Origin: a virus
Taxonomy: Duplodnaviria; Caudoviricetes
Length of the DNA: 26,661 nucleotides
IMG/VR virus record: IMGVR_UViG_3300005662_000192
Span: 1-26,661 of that record
Strand: one strand, 5' to 3'
The notes below the pieces were generated by a model. That model did not search any database. It worked only from the letters and a program-made list of their open reading frames with translations, and was not told the origin of the DNA. The position numbers and the translations under genes were made by a program. Below, one piece after another: positions 16,402 through 26,160 of this stretch. Numbering within the stretch: position 1 is the stretch's first letter; every line of letters starts with the position of its first letter.

Positions 16402-17925
16402 TTATACAGCAGTAAATGCAAATGTGCCGTCGTTTTGTACCCGTATTCTACTAGAAGTTCCTCCAGCGTCTTCAAAAACAAAACCAAACCGATTTAAAAT
16501 TTCTGCTTGTTTGTTAATTCTGCTCGATTCATCTAAGAACGGAATATCTCCTCCAAATTTAGTCATTGTGTTTGTAGTTCGATTTATAAAATAAGTTTTT
16601 TTAGTAAATGGATCGTGAATATATGTCTCGACACCAAAAACAGTTGATGGATTAAAAGCTACTTCAGCATTCCAATTTCCAGCTGCAACATTATATGTAC
16701 GCATTACGTTGCGACTAATGTCATATATTGAGTCGGTGTTAGTGAAATTTATTATACGAAAAAACGAATTGGCTTGAGAAATTGTTGTAACTCCAACTGG
16801 TTGGGGCCCTCTAAATCTCAAAGTGTTTGCATTGTTGTTTAAATTTAAATTAAAATTTGCTTGACGTTCAGCATCATTAATAATTTGAGCCCATGTTCTG
16901 CCAGCAAAATAATCTACTCCATTGTTACGAACATGTGTGGTGTCAACTGTAAACTGGTCCCCTTGTCGAATTATTCTTATTCTAGATCCTGAATTTGCTG
17001 CGCTCCAGCCTGTTGGTTCGTTGATTTCCACCACGGATGCTAAAGTTTCCGCTCCCACAAGGCCATTATTGTACCGTATAGAAGAACCCTCTACTCCTCC
17101 TCCAACACCGCCATCTAAATGTCGACACGCCTGTAACGTAGATTCATTTCCATCCGAATCTACGTTAAAGGCCAGGACGAGACCTAACATGTCATCATCT
17201 CCATCAGTAGATCTAACTACAACATCGAGTACATAGTTTTCATACCCAACGTCTGTTACAAAGCCTACGAACACATTAGTGTTTTCTAGACAGGTTAGCT
17301 CATCTTGCCTGTTGGGATCGGGATTGACTCCCCAACAATCCGATTCATGAAAAATGACTGTGCATTCTGCTCCTCCGCCAGCAAGAATATTTTGATTTTG
17401 AGTAACGCTTATTACTAAATTTCCTCCAGCAACACCTAAGTTTGTGTTTTCTAAAACTGTGTACGTACCTGTAACATTTTGGAGCAAACCACATGCTGCG
17501 TTGTTTTCAAAATTAACCGTTATTACCGAACCTGCTCTTACTGAACGCATAAAACCGGCTGTTACGATTGATACAATCCTACCAGCTTGAGTAAAGGGCC
17601 TATCATTTGTTGTTGTCGTAACGTCTTGGTTGCCGCTGTGATCAAATGTTTTCCATCTCGCTAAAATTGCGTCCGGAGAAGCAACTCTATTCCCGTTTAC
17701 AATATTGTTCATTTCAGCTTGAGACTCAACTACTTGAGCAAAAACAGAGGTCGCTTGTAAAGAAGATCGAGCATCAGCATTTGCTCTCACGTAAACATTT
17801 TTTCTGACATCGCTGTTATCTTGAATTTTAAAAGGCGTTCCTGTGCCAGACTGCACAATTTTTAATGCAGGATCTGTGCTATTAACATTAATCGTCGTGG
17901 AGTTGTTGCTAATGTCTGTAGCCAT
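16402..17925 (-). CDS. Fibre / receptor-binding protein, paralogue 1, with a DDD-containing lectin-like domain
   Basis: Same scaffold. STDGDDDMLGLVLAF resembles the DDD calcium motif of thrombospondin C-terminal L-lectin-like domains. Confidence 0.65.
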   Translation of the reverse strand: MATDISNNSTTINVNSTDPALKIVQSGTGTPFKIQDNSDVRKNVYVRANADARSSLQATSVFAQVVESQAEMNNIVNGNRVASPDAILARWKTFDHSGNQDVTTTTNDRPFTQAGRIVSIVTAGFMRSVRAGSVITVNFENNAACGLLQNVTGTYTVLENTNLGVAGGNLVISVTQNQNILAGGGAECTVIFHESDCWGVNPDPNRQDELTCLENTNVFVGFVTDVGYENYVLDVVVRSTDGDDDMLGLVLAFNVDSDGNESTLQACRHLDGGVGGGVEGSSIRYNNGLVGAETLASVVEINEPTGWSAANSGSRIRIIRQGDQFTVDTTHVRNNGVDYFAGRTWAQIINDAERQANFNLNLNNNANTLRFRGPQPVGVTTISQANSFFRIINFTNTDSIYDISRNVMRTYNVAAGNWNAEVAFNPSTVFGVETYIHDPFTKKTYFINRTTNTMTKFGGDIPFLDESSRINKQAEILNRFGFVFEDAGGTSSRIRVQNDGTFAFTAV

Positions 17926-17943
17926 TTGTCAATTTTTTAAAAG

Positions 17944-19731
17944 TTAAACCACATCGAAAAGTCTAATATATCTTGATACTCCGTTCACTTCTACTCTAAG
18001 AAAATCATTTCTTGCTGTAATTACAGTTGCTGCTCCAGCTGTTGTCGTTTGTCCTGTAAACGTGACGCTGTTGGCAGCATTTGCTGTGTCTATAATGTTT
18101 ACATTTCCGTTTACCGTCAACATTTGTTGTGCCGCAGAAGGAATAGTATTAATTCCTACTCTGCCGTATGCAAGATTGACTAAATCTACAGCTTGTTGCT
18201 GAAGAGTAAGGCGGTCTGCTCCGTCGTTTGATGTACCAAAAATAAATGCGGTATTTTCTCCAGCGTCTTGTTGATAACGTATAAATGCACTATCCCCACC
18301 ACCACCAAACGGATCCTTGGGAAACATAATACCATTAGTTTCTCCAGAACCTGCAGTTGGAGTGATCGGTCCACTTTGCATTGTTAAACCATCAGCGTTT
18401 ATTTTTACTCTTTGAGTACCTGCTGTATAAAATTGTAACTCATCATTATCTGATCCATCTGGGTTTTCAGCGTCAATGTAAGTATCTTCATCGTTGTCGC
18501 TTATTCCTCCACCTCCCAACGGGCCCCATTCTACTCCATTGTACCCCTCAAACGCATTTTGAGTTGTATTAAATCTAATGGCTCCTGTTTGATCGACTCT
18601 CTGTCCATCAGTTCCTACAGGAATTATTAAACCGTCGGTAGCATTTATATGAAAAGACGTTTTAGGATCGGATGTTTTAACTCCAACAAATCCTGGAGCG
18701 GTTGCTGCTCCAGCAATAAATAGTGCAACGTTTCCTTCATCTAAAAATTGAGCAACTGGAGCAGGTCCAGTTTGGGAAACAGTTAAAGCTGGAACTGGTC
18801 CACCAATATTTACTACAGATAAAGCAGAGGTTGTGGTTAAAACTGTATCCAAATATGAAAGAGTTCCAATAGTAGACAATTTACCAAATATTGTTAGATC
18901 TCCATCAAATCTGCCATTGCCGTACACATAGGAATCTCCATTTACATCAAAGTGAGTAGTTGGAGTCGATGTTCTCACGCCGACTTTTCCGTACGGTGTT
19001 ACAGCAAAAGCTGACTCCCACGGAATAATTTGGCCTGCAGTGCTAGTAGTTGGAGAAGTAAATGAGCTAGAAAACACTTCGAACATGTTTTGTCCGGCCC
19101 CTCCACACAAAATCCTTACAGCACCTTCATTTGAATAGCTATAAGTTGCTCCAACGCCTCCCATAGTATTCCAATAGTGATTTACACGGCCAGTTCCATC
19201 TTGTACTCTTATTACGTAATGAGCGTTTCCGTTGATTGTTTGTAGATAACTACCGTATACGTTTAAATCAGCACTGAGAGGGGCATTCCCTACTTTAATT
19301 TTGCCGCCGCTTTCATATAAATTACTGTTTTCCAATGAAGAAGTTCCTGTAAATTTAGGCAAATACCCAACAGTTCCATTCCCGTCAACAGAATTGTTCC
19401 AAGTCGCTGAATTGGCAACGACTGAGGAATAAACCGAATTCCAATCGCCAGACGTAGCAGTGACAGTCGAATAAACCGAATTCCAATTACCGGACGTGTC
19501 ATCGACGGTCGTATACACTGAATTCCACTGAGAAGAATTTCCTCCTAGAGCATAAATCTTTTGTCCTGCTGAAAGATCTTGTGTCGTAACAACTAAACCA
19601 GTGGAATAAAATTCTCCTTTCCATGGAGCCTCATAAGAAGCAATTGGATCATAAGAAGAATCTGGAAATCCAGCTGTTGGGTCACTGTGATGATTTTCTC
19701 TATGAAGCTTATTATGAAAACGATTGGACAT
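17944..19731 (-). CDS. Long tail fibre protein
   Basis: Fibre-type repeats (GKVGVRTSTP, GFVGVKTSDP, GRVGINT), IPVGT...GAIRFNTT...FEGYNG..W, and D.DEDTYI..E...DNDELQFYTAG modules. Confidence 0.8.
   Translation of the reverse strand: MSNRFHNKLHRENHHSDPTAGFPDSSYDPIASYEAPWKGEFYSTGLVVTTQDLSAGQKIYALGGNSSQWNSVYTTVDDTSGNWNSVYSTVTATSGDWNSVYSSVVANSATWNNSVDGNGTVGYLPKFTGTSSLENSNLYESGGKIKVGNAPLSADLNVYGSYLQTINGNAHYVIRVQDGTGRVNHYWNTMGGVGATYSYSNEGAVRILCGGAGQNMFEVFSSSFTSPTTSTAGQIIPWESAFAVTPYGKVGVRTSTPTTHFDVNGDSYVYGNGRFDGDLTIFGKLSTIGTLSYLDTVLTTTSALSVVNIGGPVPALTVSQTGPAPVAQFLDEGNVALFIAGAATAPGFVGVKTSDPKTSFHINATDGLIIPVGTDGQRVDQTGAIRFNTTQNAFEGYNGVEWGPLGGGGISDNDEDTYIDAENPDGSDNDELQFYTAGTQRVKINADGLTMQSGPITPTAGSGETNGIMFPKDPFGGGGDSAFIRYQQDAGENTAFIFGTSNDGADRLTLQQQAVDLVNLAYGRVGINTIPSAAQQMLTVNGNVNIIDTANAANSVTFTGQTTTAGAATVITARNDFLRVEVNGVSRYIRLFDVV
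19400..19535 (-). repeat. 42-bp (14-aa) degenerate tandem repeat, S.xWNSVY(S/T)(S/T)V
   Basis: GAATAAACCGAATTCCAAT occurs exactly at 19427-19445 and 19469-19487; a degenerate copy lies at 19511-19529. Confidence 0.85.
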
Positions 19732-19742
19732 AGCGACATTAA

Positions 19743-19919
19743 TTATCTAAAAAACGCCTTGAATATTTTAGGATCTACGTCTTCTAACTTGTCAATCAAC
19801 ATTTCAAGAGCAACTTCGCACTCTTTCTTTGAAGAAAAAGTATCAGCAAACAACTCAAAAATTGTGTTTTCAATTAAATCTTCAATTATTGCTTCGGTTT
19901 CATTGTGTTTGGAGTACAT
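19743..19919 (-). CDS. Small acidic hypothetical protein (58 aa)
   Basis: ATG 19919 (MYSKHNETE...) is preferred because the longer start overlaps the divergent gene. AATAAATA lies upstream on the minus strand. Confidence 0.55.
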   Translation of the reverse strand: MYSKHNETEAIIEDLIENTIFELFADTFSSKKECEVALEMLIDKLEDVDPKIFKAFFR

Positions 19920-19948
19920 AATTTTCGGGATATTTATTAGTTTGCTGG

Positions 19949-19956
19949 TATAAATA
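19949..19956 (+). promoter_or_regulatory. T4-type late promoter TATAAATA
   Basis: Perfect match to the T4 late consensus, 9 nt before the ATG at 19966. Confidence 0.7.
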
Positions 19957-19965
19957 AAGAAAGAA

Positions 19966-21486
19966 ATGTCGCAAATAGGCACAAAATATGTAAATTCAGC
20001 TGCAACCGAAGAAAAAATCCGAACTTTAACGAGAAAAAATCCATCCCTTGGTCGTTATTTAGGACACACTTTTGGAGCAACAACCGTGAATGCTGATCTT
20101 CAAGCTCAGCAATCCCAATCAAATACACAAGCCGCGGCCGCTCCTCAGCAAGAAGGCCAGCTCGATCGCTATACTAAAAACGTAATTCAGACTTTATTTT
20201 CCGTAGAAGTAGCAACAAACGAGGCAATAACAAGTGCTACTAGCACTGTTGCTGGCGGAATTGCAAGCATTGGAGACGACGTAAGTCACGGAATTAACGG
20301 GCTAAAAGAGCAAATGCATGAATTGCTTAAGCCTGTTTCTTCTGTTACTGGCTCTACAATTGGAACCTTAACAAATGTCGCTAGAGATCCTCTAGGTGCT
20401 CCAATGGTTATCGGTAATGCTCTTGGTTCTCTCATAGATAAAGTTAATCCAGGGTTTACTGATAAGCTAGATGCTACTTTTAAAAAGTATAAAGTACAAG
20501 AAATGCAGAATCTTCCCGGACAAATTATGGGAAGCATACGAAATTTGGCGTCAATGGCTGATGCAATATTGTCTGTTCCATTTCAGCTTGCTGCTGACTT
20601 GTATAATGGGTTGATGGAAATTATGCAAGAAATTTCAGATCTCATCGATTCTGTTGTATCATCAGTAATGGATTTATTCTTCGGACCAAAAGGAATACTA
20701 GACAGTATTCTTCCTATTTCTGAACTTATGGGATTCTTAGAGGAAGTAGGAGAACTTGCTTCGTTTGTTGGAGGAATAGGTCAAATGTTTGGGGGATTCA
20801 ACATGGTTACAAACATAACTTCCCAAGTTCAAGGATATGTTTCTCAGGCTCAATCAGTTCTAAGCAATCCAGCGCAACTAGCCATGCAATATGTTCCTGC
20901 TGAGTTTAATCAATATTATAACATGGTAAGAAACCCACAAGGAGTTATTAACAGCATGATTCCTCCAGAAATTTCTCAACAAGTCAAACAAATTTCTAAA
21001 ATACCTGGTCTAGGATTTGTTGGAAACTTTGGTACTGGACTTGGTTCAACTCTTGAAGGGCTGAGTGATGGAGTATTCACTCAAGCATTAAACAGTTTTG
21101 GAAAGCAAGCGGGAATTTTATCTCCTTTGTTTAATCAAGGAAATTCTGCTCCTCCAGTGTATGACGGTCAAACTGAACATCCGCCAACAGTTGAAGGAGC
21201 TTCTACAAACCCAAAGATTGCAGTTGCTCAAGGCGTGCCTGTTGTGCTAGAGCCTCCTCCAAAAGTATTAGCAGAAAAAGCTTCTCAAGCTCCTGTAACA
21301 GTGGGAAATCCAAATGCTGCTCCGAACTCAGGAACTGAAAACATAACAGTAAAAATGCCAGACGACATGCAAATGCCTTCACAAAATCCAATAAGCTTGC
21401 CTGGAGTAACAATAGGAAATCCAAATGCGGCACCATCCAGTGGAAACGTTTCTGTTTCTATCCCTGCTAGTTTAAGATTTCCTTAA
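19966..21486 (+). CDS. Probable virion (baseplate/tail) protein with amphipathic helices
   Basis: 506-aa ORF after a late promoter and next to the gp5-like gene; long Gly/Ser/Leu/Val-rich helical stretches. Confidence 0.6.
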   Translation: MSQIGTKYVNSAATEEKIRTLTRKNPSLGRYLGHTFGATTVNADLQAQQSQSNTQAAAAPQQEGQLDRYTKNVIQTLFSVEVATNEAITSATSTVAGGIASIGDDVSHGINGLKEQMHELLKPVSSVTGSTIGTLTNVARDPLGAPMVIGNALGSLIDKVNPGFTDKLDATFKKYKVQEMQNLPGQIMGSIRNLASMADAILSVPFQLAADLYNGLMEIMQEISDLIDSVVSSVMDLFFGPKGILDSILPISELMGFLEEVGELASFVGGIGQMFGGFNMVTNITSQVQGYVSQAQSVLSNPAQLAMQYVPAEFNQYYNMVRNPQGVINSMIPPEISQQVKQISKIPGLGFVGNFGTGLGSTLEGLSDGVFTQALNSFGKQAGILSPLFNQGNSAPPVYDGQTEHPPTVEGASTNPKIAVAQGVPVVLEPPPKVLAEKASQAPVTVGNPNAAPNSGTENITVKMPDDMQMPSQNPISLPGVTIGNPNAAPSSGNVSVSIPASLRFP

Positions 21487-21498
21487 TAATTAGCTTTT

Positions 21499-23901
21499 AT
21501 GAAGAAGTATTACGGTCACTATTTAGGAGTGTGTATATGCAACAACGATCCAGAAAAGCGAGGGCGAGTTCAAGTGTTTGTTCCACATATAATGCCCGGA
21601 TTATACGAACAATGGAATGATCAAAGCAATGATATATCTATTAATTGCATTGGAGACAATTTAATCAATGGCCTTCCGTCTGATATAATTTACAAATTAT
21701 CTCAAATCCTTCCTTGGGCTGAAGCTGCCTCTCCTATAGTAGGAACATCTTCACCTGGAAATTTACTACAACAAGTTGCTGAAGCTGCTTCTGGTGTAGT
21801 TTCTGCAGCAAAAGGTATCATCGGAAAAGTATTTGATCAATCTCCAGCAGCTGAACCAGTTGAAGTCGGAAGCATGTCTGAGCTTTTTAAGAGTGCTGCT
21901 TCGTTTAACAGTGGACGAGTCGATGCTTCAAAGCTTGCTAGAAGCAATTCTCCTGACGGATTGTGTGGAGTTGGAGCAAGAAGTATAATTGGAGCAATGA
22001 CTCAAGACAGGTATTTTGCCAATGGTCTTGGTAGTGATAGACAATCCTATGCTTCTTCTCTTAGTTTAGGTGGAGGAAATAGTTATTTGCAAAACTCAGG
22101 ATATTATAATCCTGCTACACAAGCTCCATCTAATTATTTTAGCGACAAAAGCCAATGGCAAATAGGAGATGTAATTACATCGGGTGGTGGAGGCGGAGAT
22201 GGTAAAGGCCATATTCAAACTTGGACTGGAACTGCTTGGGTGAGTGATCACACTCAAACGAGATTATATGAAGCAAATGGAAGAGGAGCTTATAATAATT
22301 TTACATTACACAGAGCCAATGAAAAGGGGTTAGCTCGAATGCAACAGACCGTTGGCAAGCTGTCAGGAAATCCTTCTTCTGCTGTTGCAAAAGAAGCAAC
22401 AAGCGTCAGCGGAGAAGTTGCTGCAGCTAGTCCTCACCAAGCTGCAACTCCAGTTAATACAGATTCAGCTTCTCAACAATACGCCAATGTAGCAAATCCA
22501 AATACGAATGTAACATTAGATATTAATACCAAACCAGCTGATGTTGGGTTGTTAGCTGTCGGATCTAACGGTAAAGTAGATCCAAATAATTTAAAATCTT
22601 ACTTGGAGCAAAGAATAGCTAGCTCCAAGTTAAACGGTTACGTACCAGCAGATGCAGCAAAGTACGGAGTTGATGGAAGTCCCAAGTCGTGGGCAAATTA
22701 CTTCACGAAGCTTTCTGAAAAAGAATCTGGGTTTAAAGCGGGCACTCGTTACCAGGAATCTTTTTCGAATTCAAAGGGCGAGAGGGTAATGTCGACAGGA
22801 TTGTTTCAAGTTTCCTATGAATCGGTAAGAGGATACGGAGTTGGTAAAGGATTGTCTGATTCTCAATTAGATCAAAAATTAACTGATCCAGCATATAACA
22901 TTGATGCAGCAATCGCTATTCACGAAAAGCAAGTTTTGAGAACAGGAACCCTTGCAATGCCGTCTGGAAAAGGAGCTGGTGGGTATTTTGCTTCTGCTTC
23001 GATGAGAAAAATTGCAGCTGATGTAGCAGCTGGTAAAGTAGATCAATTTAATACATCTGCTTCTCCTTCTAGTCCGACTGGTAGCGCTAGTGGTCAAGCT
23101 ACAAATCTTGTTAACAATACAGACCCTCATGGGACAACAATTACTCAAAACTTGAATGGAATGGCGAAAGGTTTGTTTACATATCCAGCAGCTGGAGCAA
23201 TGCTGTGGGTTTTCTTTAGAGAAGGCAATCCTCTATTTCCAGTGTACTTTGCTGCAAGTTATTCTCAAAACGAATGGAAAAGTGCTTATAGATACGGCTC
23301 TGATGGCCCTGGGTATAGACCAGCTTCTACTCCAGATAATCCTACAACCTCTACTGGAGGGGTAATGAATTTAAATGGCGTTGGGGGAATTCGTTGGGAG
23401 GATACAAATAATCCCGAAAACCGGTTGCAGGATCAAAAAAGTATAATGTTCTTTGGAGAAGATGGTTCAAACATCTTTATGGGAAAAGGTTATAACCAAT
23501 ATTTTTCTAAATTTGATAGAAGAGATCAAGTTGAAGGAGATAGATGGAACACCACTTTAGGATTTAAAGAAGAATGGGTCCAAGGGGACTCTAATTCTGT
23601 TACAATGGGAGATGTAATTGTAAAAATCGGAAACGTATCTCAACCAGCAGTTGATGCAGTTCAAAGAATACAACAATTGATTACTGAGTGCCAAGCTCCT
23701 TTAAGCGAAACGTCAGGCTCATCCAGCGGAACTAGTGGAAGTGGAAGCAGTGCACCCATAAAAGAAAAGCACAATACTCCAAAACAAAACGCTTTCCAAA
23801 AAGAACTAGATAAAATCGAGCATCAAAACAGTGATCGATATACAAAGAGTCCATCAGAATTTATGGCAAAGCATGGACTGGCTGCATTTAAGCGACCGTA
23901 A
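21499..23901 (+). CDS. gp5/VgrG-like baseplate hub with inserted Cys-His amidase-like and lytic transglycosylase domains
   Basis: OB-fold halves YLGVCICNNDPEKRGRVQVFVP...LPWA and GLFTYPAAGAMLWVFFREGNPLFPVYF. Amidase-like GLCG...GDVI...GHIQ...WVSD. SLT-like KESGF...GLFQ...DPAYNI. Confidence 0.85.
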   Translation: MKKYYGHYLGVCICNNDPEKRGRVQVFVPHIMPGLYEQWNDQSNDISINCIGDNLINGLPSDIIYKLSQILPWAEAASPIVGTSSPGNLLQQVAEAASGVVSAAKGIIGKVFDQSPAAEPVEVGSMSELFKSAASFNSGRVDASKLARSNSPDGLCGVGARSIIGAMTQDRYFANGLGSDRQSYASSLSLGGGNSYLQNSGYYNPATQAPSNYFSDKSQWQIGDVITSGGGGGDGKGHIQTWTGTAWVSDHTQTRLYEANGRGAYNNFTLHRANEKGLARMQQTVGKLSGNPSSAVAKEATSVSGEVAAASPHQAATPVNTDSASQQYANVANPNTNVTLDINTKPADVGLLAVGSNGKVDPNNLKSYLEQRIASSKLNGYVPADAAKYGVDGSPKSWANYFTKLSEKESGFKAGTRYQESFSNSKGERVMSTGLFQVSYESVRGYGVGKGLSDSQLDQKLTDPAYNIDAAIAIHEKQVLRTGTLAMPSGKGAGGYFASASMRKIAADVAAGKVDQFNTSASPSSPTGSASGQATNLVNNTDPHGTTITQNLNGMAKGLFTYPAAGAMLWVFFREGNPLFPVYFAASYSQNEWKSAYRYGSDGPGYRPASTPDNPTTSTGGVMNLNGVGGIRWEDTNNPENRLQDQKSIMFFGEDGSNIFMGKGYNQYFSKFDRRDQVEGDRWNTTLGFKEEWVQGDSNSVTMGDVIVKIGNVSQPAVDAVQRIQQLITECQAPLSETSGSSSGTSGSGSSAPIKEKHNTPKQNAFQKELDKIEHQNSDRYTKSPSEFMAKHGLAAFKRP

Positions 23902-23939
23902 GCTTAACTTTTATAAATTTTGATTTAATTACACTTTAT

Positions 23940-25640
23940 ATGGCTGATGATTTAACAACCGCTGAACAAAACTTTGCAAGATCAGAAGCAAAGTTAACAA
24001 ATTCCCAAAACGAGGTTGCTGCACTAAGAGAAATTTATTCAATGCAGCAACAGGGAACAAAATTAACTGCTGCTCAGAAGCAAGCAGTGACTGACGGTAA
24101 TGGACAAAAAGTTTTACAGGACTTAAAACAAAATAAGCAAGCTGAAATTCAACAGCAAGCAGAAGCAACATCAGCTGCAGAAAGCGGTGGAGCTTCGTCA
24201 TCAGGAAAGCGAGAAGTTCAATGTCCTTTTTGTACTGGACAAGTATTAGCAAAATCCTCTGGCAGACCATTTGCTACAATCTCAGGATTTTTACAAAGAT
24301 CGTTTGCAATTGTTATACCAACTGCTCTAATGAGCTATTTAAAGGAAAAAATGCCTGTCTCGAAACAAGACATCTTTAAAGAGGGTTGTCCGACATGTAA
24401 AGGTAAAGGATCAATTGAGGATCCTTCTGATGATACAGCAAAATACGAACAAGTAAAAGCAAATTTCGGAGCTGCTTCTCAAGAAATACAAGAAGCAGAA
24501 AATCAATTAGCTCCAACTGGAGGAAATAGATACACAATAATTCAGGGATGTGACTTATTAGAAGTTGGCTTAGGAATGAATGATGCTCCTTCCTATAGAG
24601 TAGAGATTGATAAAAATATAAGAAATAAAGGCTTAGTTGATCCTGGTCAAATTAATACCAAAAAAGCTGGTCCTCAAATTCCGGAAGGAGGGTTTTGTAA
24701 TCACGTTCAAGGAATTAATTCCGTTGCTTCTCCTGGAGGCCATTATGTTATTAAGTGTTCCAACAAGTTTACTGTGTTAGTAGGGGCTCAAGGTATTGAC
24801 ATGAACACTGGAGGTCCGCTAACAATTAATGCAGGAATTACAAGAATTACTGGTCCTGAAATTTCAATTGGTAGCCAAAAGGGTCGTTTGTCCCTACAAG
24901 GAGATGTGGTAGATATTGGAGGAAGAAGCGTAGAAATTTCTCCAACGGACGGTCACTTGTTTGTTAAAGGAACTATTAGCAATACTGGCAACTTGGTAAC
25001 AGGAGGGCATGTGCATGCTGAAAGCATTTCTTTTGTTAAAGCTGAATGTACAGGTCGTAACGAAGCTTCGAAGGTTGCAGCTGCAAGTGATATGACAACA
25101 GGACCAGCGTTTTGGGGAAGCATTGCAATGGAAGGAATTACTTCAACAGTGAAAGATATGATTGGGTTTGTTCTTAGCAAAACTACAAGTGTTACTGAAT
25201 CTCCGCAAATTTTAACTCCAAGGTTTATTGAATCTCTCCGAGATAAAATGCTTTCCATGACGTACAACATGAGACCGTACGAAATGGTTCCTACGGGTGT
25301 AATTATGCCAGGAACATGCATTGTAGTCGGCACCGGCAATTTAGGTTATCCTGTAGTCAGTGTAAATCCTAGTTACATCCCTATTTTTAATTTTCCACAT
25401 ACTCACGCCATGCCTGATGGAGCTCATGTGCATGAAACCAGAGTTCCTAACATCGATTACTCAGCAGACTCTGCTCAAGAGGTAAGAAGCAAACAAGGTG
25501 GAGTAACTGCTTCAGCTCCACTGCACAAATCATCTACAAGTGCACTTCAAGCTGTAACTGGATTATTTTCAGCTATTGGATCTGTCTTTGTTGCTATTTG
25601 GAAAGGCGTCCAAGGCGAGTCAGGTCCTTTTATGAAGTAA
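23940..25640 (+). CDS. Putative central spike (gp5 C-terminal-like) with CxxC pairs and a His-rich tip
   Basis: CPFC...CPTCKGKG, a beta-repeat region (GIDMNTGGPLTINAGITRITG...) and HTHAMPDGAHVH; directly follows the gp5-like gene. Confidence 0.6.
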   Translation: MADDLTTAEQNFARSEAKLTNSQNEVAALREIYSMQQQGTKLTAAQKQAVTDGNGQKVLQDLKQNKQAEIQQQAEATSAAESGGASSSGKREVQCPFCTGQVLAKSSGRPFATISGFLQRSFAIVIPTALMSYLKEKMPVSKQDIFKEGCPTCKGKGSIEDPSDDTAKYEQVKANFGAASQEIQEAENQLAPTGGNRYTIIQGCDLLEVGLGMNDAPSYRVEIDKNIRNKGLVDPGQINTKKAGPQIPEGGFCNHVQGINSVASPGGHYVIKCSNKFTVLVGAQGIDMNTGGPLTINAGITRITGPEISIGSQKGRLSLQGDVVDIGGRSVEISPTDGHLFVKGTISNTGNLVTGGHVHAESISFVKAECTGRNEASKVAAASDMTTGPAFWGSIAMEGITSTVKDMIGFVLSKTTSVTESPQILTPRFIESLRDKMLSMTYNMRPYEMVPTGVIMPGTCIVVGTGNLGYPVVSVNPSYIPIFNFPHTHAMPDGAHVHETRVPNIDYSADSAQEVRSKQGGVTASAPLHKSSTSALQAVTGLFSAIGSVFVAIWKGVQGESGPFMK

Positions 25641-25641
25641 A

Positions 25642-26130
25642 TTATTTAAAATAATTTATGTATTGAGAAACGATTTTTTGAGCAACTTCTCTAGGGTTCT
25701 GTTCAACAAGCTCCATCGGAATATTTCTGACCATTTCAAGAAAATTTAGATGTGCTTTAGCTTTTTCTGTATCAACAACGAAAACATTATCCGATAAAGT
25801 AGCAAATGCGTTGCATGTTTGTTGAGAGTCTTCACAGGTTAATGCGCTTACTTGAGCGCTTACATTGCGATTGAAGTTGGCTGATATTCCGCTTAATTCT
25901 TTTGTACAAGTGAGTGGACAAAAATTATTTGGTACTGGGATGTCTTCTATTTTGAGAAATTGCTCATTTGGTTGAAAGTATTCCCATTTTAACCGTTCAT
26001 AAGGATGGTGAGGAATGGCTGACATCGAGGCCTCAAAATTTTCTCTAAACTGTCTTGTTGAAGACAAGAGAGCTTGAATTGCTCCCTGCAAAGAAGAAGT
26101 CATCGGTCCAGTAGTATGCTGATAGTACAT
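25642..26130 (-). CDS. Hypothetical protein
   Basis: 162-aa ATG-started ORF tiling the interval; no motif recognised. Confidence 0.6.
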   Translation of the reverse strand: MYYQHTTGPMTSSLQGAIQALLSSTRQFRENFEASMSAIPHHPYERLKWEYFQPNEQFLKIEDIPVPNNFCPLTCTKELSGISANFNRNVSAQVSALTCEDSQQTCNAFATLSDNVFVVDTEKAKAHLNFLEMVRNIPMELVEQNPREVAQKIVSQYINYFK

Positions 26131-26160
26131 TATATAAATTTAGCTTTTATTATCTAAAAG

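Noticed and set aside
16395-16487. Longer N-terminus for the 675-aa ORF
   Set aside because: It overlaps the upstream gene; the MATD start at 16394 matches the paralogues.
19427-19529. Regularly spaced direct repeats as a mini CRISPR array
   Set aside because: The 42-bp period is in frame within a coding 14-aa repeat, and the intervening sequences are themselves similar.
13414-19731. Diversity-generating retroelement or invertible cassette acting on the fibres
   Set aside because: No reverse transcriptase, recombinase, near-identical TR/VR pair or inverted sites seen in the window; the paralogues are highly diverged.
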